This document shows positions 56,263 through 64,000 of a DNA stretch of 64,000 bases, in pieces. Position 1 is the stretch's first letter. The number at the start of each line of letters is the position of its first letter. The position numbers and the translations under genes are program-made. This stretch comes from Tetramitus jugosus (Eukaryota; Protista; Heterolobosea). The stretch covers positions 496,001 to 560,000 of the forward strand of contig OW569354.1 of NCBI GenBank assembly GCA_937625935.1, given 5' to 3'. The notes below the pieces were generated by a model. It was not told the DNA's origin and did no database searches. It saw only the letters and a program-made list of their open reading frames with translations.

Positions 56263-57576
56263 ATGAATCGATTGAATATGATCTCCACTCCCACTCATGA
56301 TGACTCCATCATCATACACCATCACAACACCACCAACAACAACTCTTCCAACAATGTAACCAAACTACCAAAACTTGCCAATTCACTCGATCGTTTCTTG
56401 GACATGGAAACCAAATCATCTGTTCATCGATTCACCAATCATCTCACGTCCTATCATCACATTCTAGCCAATGAACCAACAGTTGCCATGTACCGTATCA
56501 CTGAACACATTAAGCGCTCTGTTCCATCACTCGAACAAAAAAAGAATGAAGTCAGTGTGAATCATCAAAAGAGTGAGGCACACTTGTTGGATGTACAGTT
56601 TGCAGTTGATAGTATACATGAGTGGCACCAAAATTCCACACAACAAAAATACTCTGCATTGTCTCACACTGTCTCTGATCTCATTTCTCAACTGAAACAA
56701 TCCATGATGACAACAACAACAACAGACAATAATAATAATAATAATAATAGTAGTTCTCATATGAAAAAAGGGATGCAAGCAAATAACAATAGTGCTGGTA
56801 AGGAAGAGAGTGAGACACCGACATCTGCTGTTTCTCGATTTGGATTGTCATTTGGTCGATTAATCAACAAAACATTGACCACCAACACATCATCAACAAC
56901 AACAACAACAGTAACAGTAAGTTCACAATCATCATCATCATCATCATCTTCACCAGTGAAAACAGACAATACTGTTGACAAGAGTAAAGATGAAACAAAA
57001 ACACAATCTTTATTGGTATTTGATGATGAAGATGTTCATGACAAGAAACAGGTTGACTCTTCTCAACCCTTATCCCCATCGTCATCATCATCATCATCAT
57101 CATTGTCAGTTGTTTCAACTGATGCAACCATCAAGTATGAACATGACGATGATCAGCCAAATATGAATGAATCAAGTGTGGAACATGCCAGGGATACTGT
57201 TTCCACTACTACAGATGTACCAACGACTACTCCAACGCCTACCATGGAATCCACACTACAGAATAATCATGTTGAGAGCTCGAGTGCAGCTGCATCTGGA
57301 CCATCCAACCATCTTCTTCTTGACAAACCAAGTCAATTGGTTGACAATAACACATCTGCAGACTCGGAAATTTTTGTTGTTGAAAACAAGGAAGACAATA
57401 CTCCCACAGTATCTGCAACAACCACAAATGATTGGCCAGAACTCATCACTCTACCAACAAACAATGAAGAGGCATCAAAAACAACCACTTTGAAAAAGAA
57501 ACGAAAAACAACAAAGAAAAAGAAGGCAGAGGCCAACATAACAACAAGCGGCTTCACGCTCCGCCAATTTGAGTAA
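56263..57576 (+). CDS. BORCS8: BORC subunit 8-like protein with a long low-complexity tail
   Basis: HILANEPTVAMYRITEHIKRSVP matches the BORCS8 LANEPSV.LYR.QEHVR motif. Probable ATG at 56263. Confidence 0.75.
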   Translation: MNRLNMISTPTHDDSIIIHHHNTTNNNSSNNVTKLPKLANSLDRFLDMETKSSVHRFTNHLTSYHHILANEPTVAMYRITEHIKRSVPSLEQKKNEVSVNHQKSEAHLLDVQFAVDSIHEWHQNSTQQKYSALSHTVSDLISQLKQSMMTTTTTDNNNNNNNSSSHMKKGMQANNNSAGKEESETPTSAVSRFGLSFGRLINKTLTTNTSSTTTTTVTVSSQSSSSSSSSPVKTDNTVDKSKDETKTQSLLVFDDEDVHDKKQVDSSQPLSPSSSSSSSSLSVVSTDATIKYEHDDDQPNMNESSVEHARDTVSTTTDVPTTTPTPTMESTLQNNHVESSSAAASGPSNHLLLDKPSQLVDNNTSADSEIFVVENKEDNTPTVSATTTNDWPELITLPTNNEEASKTTTLKKKRKTTKKKKAEANITTSGFTLRQFE

Positions 57577-57693
57577 AACGGAACTCTGTTATTTGCGTAT
57601 GCAGCTCCCTCCATTTTTCCTGTTGTGATCAAGAAACTTTGCAGACCGAACAAAGATTGAACAAAAAAAAACCAGAAGAACAAAACACAGCAA

Positions 57694-59007
57694 ATGACAG
57701 CACGGCCACAACAAGAACGAGAATTGGTTCAGAGCACAGTCTATGTCGCTGGTAGTGCCATCCATGGCCAATGTGGACTCACCGAAGACAAAATAACATC
57801 ATGGACCCCATTGAGAGTCAGTCTTGAGCCGTTGGATAAAAACGAAGAATCACAAGAGACTGCCGAAGACCAAGTAACCTCCATTGTCATGTTTGGATCT
57901 CGTCAAAGCATTGATCATCAGATTGTCAAAGTTCGCTGTGGAGGCAATTTTTCACTGTTTCTGATGCGAAACGGGCAGGTGTTTGGTATTGGGGATAGCC
58001 AATATGGAAATTATGGTAGAGTGAATGATGACAAGAAAGATAATTATCGGTTGTTTGAACTGAGGGCACTCAGACAGAAGAATATTGTAGATTTAGCGAC
58101 AGGATTCAACTTTAGTTATTTTCTCACATCAGATGGAAGATTGTTTCGTTGTGGATCGAATTCGTACTCACAATTGAGTAATCAAGTTGATTATAGTCAT
58201 GCTGATGTGCTGATCTCGCCTGTTGACCAATCATTGTTTGATGGATTTCCAGTTGTGCAAGTTTCATGTGGTGGCAATTTCGTCTATGCATTGACCAGTG
58301 ATAACAAGCTCTATGTATGTGGTCAAGATGGCACCGAAAGTTATTCAGTGTTTACAAGAGTGAACTTGCCACCATCAGCAGATGGACAGATCATAACGAA
58401 AATATCTTGTGGTGCTTATCATAGCGTAGTACTGATGTACAATGGTGTTCAATATGGAAGTGGTTCTCAATTATTTCCAGGAGAGATCAACACCGTCAGC
58501 TATTTCCATGAGATACCCTTTCCAATGAAAGTTCGGGATGTCATTTGCGGCTACAACTATTTTATGTGCATTGGTGAGGATGGGAAATTGTATGGAAACG
58601 TGGGTCTAAGCCAGAAAGACATGATCATGGATGGGCAGTTAGGGTCAATTGACAAGTGCGATGAGCCCTATGAGAATTTTGTTGTCATACAATTCGAGTA
58701 TCCAATATCGGAAGTAATTACGGGATCTTCCTCTACCACCACACTTGTCATTCTCTCCAATGGCGACATTTATGGCACAGGGTGCAATGACAGTGGTGGA
58801 CTGGGTCTTGGAGATACAGAAAATAGAGCCGAATTCGAAAAGCTTCCAAGAAGCGTGAATCAATCGATGGCAGTAGCAGCTGCGACTGGTGCATACCACT
58901 CAGTCATCTGTTACTATGATGATATACTCCACACAAACTGGCAGCGCAATCTTTGGAGGACCAGGAAAGAGAATAAGCTCACAGACCTGGATATCTTTCT
59001 GGATTGA
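57694..59007 (+). CDS. RCC1-repeat protein
   Basis: Repeats of V.CGGNFS.FL...G.V.G.G...YG, ISCGAYHS and G.N..G.LGLGD. Confidence 0.85.
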   Translation: MTARPQQERELVQSTVYVAGSAIHGQCGLTEDKITSWTPLRVSLEPLDKNEESQETAEDQVTSIVMFGSRQSIDHQIVKVRCGGNFSLFLMRNGQVFGIGDSQYGNYGRVNDDKKDNYRLFELRALRQKNIVDLATGFNFSYFLTSDGRLFRCGSNSYSQLSNQVDYSHADVLISPVDQSLFDGFPVVQVSCGGNFVYALTSDNKLYVCGQDGTESYSVFTRVNLPPSADGQIITKISCGAYHSVVLMYNGVQYGSGSQLFPGEINTVSYFHEIPFPMKVRDVICGYNYFMCIGEDGKLYGNVGLSQKDMIMDGQLGSIDKCDEPYENFVVIQFEYPISEVITGSSSTTTLVILSNGDIYGTGCNDSGGLGLGDTENRAEFEKLPRSVNQSMAVAAATGAYHSVICYYDDILHTNWQRNLWRTRKENKLTDLDIFLD

Positions 59008-59232
59008 GCTTTTTCGAAATTTGAAGCTTCACGTCGGAAGTCTATTAAAAATACCGACAAGGGTTACTCCGCGTTCGATGACACCAACGACACCCACACT
59101 GTGCCCCAAACAAAAAACACTCGTGTTTTTGGAATTGAAAGGGGTCTGTATCATCTTTTCCTCCATCATCACCAACATCCATTTTTTTGAGTATTCATTC
59201 AACAACAACAATAAGAACAAAAAAAACACACA

Positions 59233-61926
59233 ATGAAGATCAATACATGTAAATTCTTATTGTTCGTTTTGGCGGCAATTTCCCTCTTGTTGTTCACACA
59301 TCAACAACAACAAGCTACTGATGCTGATTTGATTAGCATGGCTGATGGAACCTACTACATTAGAGAATTGGAGAAGCTTCATCGTCACTCTAGAAAATTC
59401 GGCGGTAGTAGTAATGAGGCTGCTAGTGATGCTACTGCACAGTCAGCATCATCATCCCTCGACTATTATCAGAGCTTTGCCGATAGAGAGACTGGTGAAG
59501 TTCAAGTGTTTGTCACCTTTCGTTCCAAGCTGACTCATGAAGATTGGAAGTTGGTGCCCCATGGAGAGTACATTCCAAGGCACACGGTCTCTCTGTTGAC
59601 CAATGTGTCTCACATTGCTACACTCATGACTCATCCACGTGTGAGACACGTTTCTGTTCTTCCTCAAACCACAAAGTACTCCAACAATTTGATGTCACTG
59701 GATTTGGACAGTCAGGAATTGATGGCTGATATGGCTGGTTTGAATGAGATTGAAGAGAGCAGAAATATCAATGAGGAGAACAAGAAGATTGAAGCCCTCG
59801 AGTTTTTAATCTTTCCAAGTGAAAAAATGGGACAAGTCGTTAAAAAGTGGGAGAAGGAAGCAAAGAAACTGTTTCCATTCTTGCAAAAGATTGATATGAA
59901 GCCTGTGAGTGCAAAGAAGATTGTTGCTGAATTCAAGTTCCCTTCTCTAGAGTCCAGAATGGAGAATAGAGAGAAATTGATTGAATTTATTGCAAAGAAG
60001 AATCATATTAGACACGTGCAAATCACTGAAGATTTCCATATTAGCTCTGATGCTGATGTCGATTCAATGGGTATGACTGCATTCTTGAGCAAGTATGCCT
60101 CCAATCCAAAGTCTCTTGCCTATCAACAAATGCTTGAGAAGAATTATGCAAAGTTGGGTGTTCACTCTCTGACTGACGTCCAATTGTTCTGGAAGTGGAA
60201 TATTACTGGAAAGGGACACGTTGTTGGTGTTGGTGATACCGGTATCGACATTAACCATTGCATGTTCAGAGACAGCAAGAATCCAAAGCCAGTCATGTCT
60301 GATTACGGTGATGAGGATATTGTGAACAAGAAGTCTGTTGATGGCCTTCAAAGAAAGCACAGAAAGATTTCAGAGTATTGGGCATATGCCGACAATGACG
60401 ACACTGCTGGAGGTCATGGATCTCATGTGGTTGGTGTTTTGGCTGGATCTCTCGAAGGAACTGACAACAAGAATATTCACACCGGTATTCTACCAGATGT
60501 TAAGCTTGCCTTCATCGATATTGGTCTACCAGACAAGTCATTGAAGATGCCTGAGGATTTGGCTGAATCCTACTTCCCATTCATGAAGAAGTTGGGTGCT
60601 GATATCTTCAGTAACTCTTGGGGTAACAGAAACTATGGCGCTTACAGCTTGGCCTCTCGTGAAATCGATTATTACATGTGGAAGAATCCATATACCTTGG
60701 CCTTGTTTGCTGCTGGTAACTCTGGTAGAGAAGGTGCTGCCACCATCACCGCTCCAGGTACTGCAAAGAACTGTTTGACTGTTGGTTCATCTGAAGCTTC
60801 AGCAACCAATTTCAAGATGGGTATTCCATTGTACTCTGACTTGATGCGTGCTAGCGTCCCATGTGACAAATCTAGCTTCTTGTACTCTACTCCTGAATTC
60901 TGTGGTGATCGTCCAGTTCCATGTAATGACCGTCAAACCGTCGCCAAGACATGCAAGGCCATTCAAGCAGGTACCGAACAAGCCGAAGAAATTTGTTGCA
61001 AGGTTTCCTTCTTGAACAAGATGTGCTGCAGCAAGTTCCTGTTGAACAAGAATTTGTATGAACTCAACCGTGATTCCCTCGAGTACTCTGACAAGAATGT
61101 TGCCGTGTTCTCATCTAGAGGTCCAACCTCCGATGGTAGAATCAAGCCTGATATTGTCACTATTGGTCAACCAATTTTCTCTGCCCGTGCTCACGAGAAA
61201 CCATTCCAAGGAAAGCAATGCCCTATTCCTCAAGTCATGCAAGGAACCAGTCAATCTACTCCACTCGTTGCAGGATACTGTGTTATGATCAAGGAGTATA
61301 TGAAAACTTTGTACGAACAATTTACTAATGTTAAGGGAGCCGACAAGCTTCAAGCCACTCAAATGGCTGACTACAAGCAAGGAAAGGTCTTTGGATCTCT
61401 GTTGAAGGCTATTGTAATTAACTCGGGTTCTGAATTGACTGGTGTTGTCGACATCAACGGACAAGGCATCATTAGAAAGCTGAATGGTTTCCCTAGTTTC
61501 ACACAAGGTTTCGGTAACGTTAACTTGACTACTATCATGCCATTCCCAGAAACAACAAAGTTCATGTTCGCACACCAAGAATCCATCTCAACAAATGAAC
61601 AGAAACGATACTGCTTCCATACCACATCTGGAATGATCAAGAAGGTCACCTTGGTCTGGTCTGATTTCCCAGCATCCCCAAGTGCCAAATCAACCTTGGT
61701 CAACAATCTAGATTTGGCTCTCCAGTTTAGCAATGGTTATGAGGCACTCGGAAACAATGCCAAGGCCGGTCACGCCGATGATGTGAATAACGTTGAACAA
61801 ATTATTCTGGCGAAGCCACAAGAGTATGTCAAGGTTGTTGTCAGAGGGTCTGATGTTCCTCACGGTCCTCAGCCATTTGCTCTTGTTGTTACTGGCGAGG
61901 GAGAAACTCTGGTTTCTGAATGCTAG
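59233..61926 (+). CDS. Secreted subtilisin-like S8 protease (Kp43/Tag-type)
   Basis: Signal peptide, catalytic VGDTGID, HGSHV.G and QGTSQSTP, oxyanion AAGN, FSSRGPT.DGRIKPD, and C-terminal TLVWSD.P...LVNNLDL. Confidence 0.92.
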   Translation: MKINTCKFLLFVLAAISLLLFTHQQQQATDADLISMADGTYYIRELEKLHRHSRKFGGSSNEAASDATAQSASSSLDYYQSFADRETGEVQVFVTFRSKLTHEDWKLVPHGEYIPRHTVSLLTNVSHIATLMTHPRVRHVSVLPQTTKYSNNLMSLDLDSQELMADMAGLNEIEESRNINEENKKIEALEFLIFPSEKMGQVVKKWEKEAKKLFPFLQKIDMKPVSAKKIVAEFKFPSLESRMENREKLIEFIAKKNHIRHVQITEDFHISSDADVDSMGMTAFLSKYASNPKSLAYQQMLEKNYAKLGVHSLTDVQLFWKWNITGKGHVVGVGDTGIDINHCMFRDSKNPKPVMSDYGDEDIVNKKSVDGLQRKHRKISEYWAYADNDDTAGGHGSHVVGVLAGSLEGTDNKNIHTGILPDVKLAFIDIGLPDKSLKMPEDLAESYFPFMKKLGADIFSNSWGNRNYGAYSLASREIDYYMWKNPYTLALFAAGNSGREGAATITAPGTAKNCLTVGSSEASATNFKMGIPLYSDLMRASVPCDKSSFLYSTPEFCGDRPVPCNDRQTVAKTCKAIQAGTEQAEEICCKVSFLNKMCCSKFLLNKNLYELNRDSLEYSDKNVAVFSSRGPTSDGRIKPDIVTIGQPIFSARAHEKPFQGKQCPIPQVMQGTSQSTPLVAGYCVMIKEYMKTLYEQFTNVKGADKLQATQMADYKQGKVFGSLLKAIVINSGSELTGVVDINGQGIIRKLNGFPSFTQGFGNVNLTTIMPFPETTKFMFAHQESISTNEQKRYCFHTTSGMIKKVTLVWSDFPASPSAKSTLVNNLDLALQFSNGYEALGNNAKAGHADDVNNVEQIILAKPQEYVKVVVRGSDVPHGPQPFALVVTGEGETLVSEC

Positions 61927-62017
61927 TTCATTGGTGTAGATTATCTTTTGAAATAATGAAGAGTTCTCATGCTCGTTTTTCCAAGTTGCAAGTGATCTTT
62001 TATTCGTGTCGTTTCTC

Positions 62018-63185
62018 TCACATCATCTTCTTGGAGGATAGCTGCATTCGAGTCTTAAGAGTTCCATTGACGACAAGTAACCTGAATATCTTGTTTGTGA
62101 CATAGAGAAAAACAAGCAACAGGGACATGTATTGTACCCACGCCCACTTGACGACTTCGAGTACACCCGGTTCATACCATATTACCTGTGCGGGAACATT
62201 GATCAGGGCTTTCACATGGAACAACTTGCTGGAGGGTGTTGGTGTCAATCCTGAAAGCTTGGGTCTCCAGTACGTATTAGTGGGAGAGAAGGTGGCTGTC
62301 AGCTCTCGATTCACAGACACCTCCTCCAACAATTTGTCAATGTTAATCTGGTTGAGGTTCGTGATTGCACCGAAGTCAATCAGATCATCGCCATTGATAT
62401 CCTTGTTCTTCACACCATATCGTCTTCGAATTGGCATCGTCTGCTTGAATAACAAATCTCCATAAATTGAGAGTTGATCACCTGGAATTGGAGAGCTATA
62501 ATACAGATGAGCAAGTGCTTCAACACGACATATCCTCTCGATCTAAGTTCACTCATTAGCTACAATTCTTGATTCAAAACAACAAGTAGTGAAATGAATG
62601 AGATATGCTAATACATACCTTCAGTTTGTAATCGAAAAACAAGAGAGCCCGAATAGAAACAACCTCTTGATCATTTGCTAATGGAATCTTGAAGTCAAAT
62701 TGAAATTGATCAGCCAAGTTGGCATCAAAGTGCTTGTATGTCCGGTCCAATGGATTATGAGTTCTTATCCGATCATTGATGGAAGAAGTTTTGAGAGTAA
62801 AAGTTGGGAAAATGAGCTTATCTCTCATCATTTCATTGACATTGGCATTGCTTGTCCAAAACATTTGTGTCAATTGCGTTTTGCCCTGTTGTTGGACCAA
62901 CACTTCCAGTAGAATCTTGTTTTCAAAGGAGACTGTTGCTTTCTCGTGAAAGGAATTGTGTTTCCTCCAAAAATCTAACACATTAAGGTAGTGTGAGCCG
63001 ATAAGTTAACTCTCCTCATCCTTGACAAACTATCAATCATGTTGTTTCATACCTCCAGTGAATAGGACAATGATAAACGGTACAACAATCGTTACAACTA
63101 GAAATACAATGTAAACCACTAATGTACATTGGTCTCCATAATCCGAATAACGAACTGTGATTGGTTCTTCATGCACCACTGTCAT
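62018..63185 (-). CDS. TMEM231: Ciliary transition-zone protein TMEM231, 3 exons (63053-63185, 62619-62974, 62018-62542)
   Basis: VHEEP...Y, TM helix, G|DFWRK..F.E...V.F, YSSPIPG..L.I.GDL.F.Q and Y.PG.LE.VKWAWVQY. Confidence 0.88.
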
Positions 63186-63598
63186 TGCGATTTCATGTTG
63201 TGTTTGAATGAAAAATCGTAAAGGGAATGAACGGAAAATTCGAAGCTTCAAATCGTTTCCAGATCTCAAAAACAAAAAATCAAACCATACCAATGCAGTA
63301 TTACACAGTGGGAGAAGGTGATCATCCTACCAACATTAGAGTGTTCATCAATGATGAAAGTACACCAAGTGTTCAGTATTGGAACAAACATCATGGTCAA
63401 TGGGTACAGTGCACCAACGATAAGCCAATCATACATGGTAACTCAGGTGACATGCAAGAATCGAGCTCCACTAGCACTCCAAGAAACAAGAGATCTGCAC
63501 TTTCCATAAACGACGACAACGACAATGAGAGAAACAATAAGATTAGAAAACTGGAAGAAAGCTCAACTGGAGAAGCATCAAGTAATCAAGTGAGTATA

Positions 63599-64000
63599 AT
63601 GATGCCACTCATGTTCCATCATTTACCAATGGAGCTCATTGTGTATATTTTAGAGTTTGGACAGTATATGAACCTTGCGGAAATCAACAGTCTCGATGCT
63701 ATATTCTTCAAGAAGAAGGGATCATTGTTGTGTCGTAATCATGATGTCAATGGTGATGAGGATGATGATGAAAACAATGAAAATCAAGGAATTCATATGG
63801 ACCAGGTCGGTGTTCTGTATCCCAATATCTCCATTGATCGAAACTGTAGTCAATATGGAGTCTTGTTGTTGATTGCGCCATGGATACGACGGTTGAAGCT
63901 CGCATCCACCTATATGCGTATGAGTTCATCTCAAAAGAAACGGTTCGTTCACTTACTTCAAAGAAATTTACAGAGTGTCGAGATGGTAAATGATGAAATC
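63599..64000 (+). CDS. F-box protein, 5' part (runs off the window)
   Basis: MMPLMFHHLPMELIVYILEF; the frame is open to the end of the window. Confidence 0.6.
   Translation, partial: MMPLMFHHLPMELIVYILEFGQYMNLAEINSLDAIFFKKKGSLLCRNHDVNGDEDDDENNENQGIHMDQVGVLYPNISIDRNCSQYGVLLLIAPWIRRLKLASTYMRMSSSQKKRFVHLLQRNLQSVEMVNDEI

Overview
Gene-dense, roughly 40% GC DNA from a microbial eukaryote. It has short GT-AG introns, poly-Q/N/T tracts, RWP-RK and RGS-START genes, and flagellar genes (SFI1, TMEM231). This profile suggests a Naegleria-like heterolobosean, which is an inference only. Housekeeping genes include AdSS, Rab8, CIAO1, QCR9, FKBP12, Sar1, EF-2, cathepsin Z, GLRX3, TANGO6, MRPL3, HSBP1, BORCS8 and a subtilisin. 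There are three dispersed 5S rRNA genes (one with a 6-nt deletion), three tRNA genes, a four-copy mosaic RWP-RK array and an AT-rich accessory island at about 45.9-54 kb. The main finding is a family of non-LTR retrotransposons that appears to target RNA polymerase III genes. Four poly(A)-tailed insertions with 15-16 bp target-site duplications (TSDs; one degenerate) all sit head-to-head 44-56 bp upstream of two 5S genes and a tRNA-Ser gene. One is an ORF1-only non-autonomous element nested in an older copy. All share a 3' structure: a 10-bp hairpin (damaged in one copy), AATAAA, a GCAAC/GTTGT terminal stem and poly(A). The arrangement parallels the Dictyostelium TRE5 elements.
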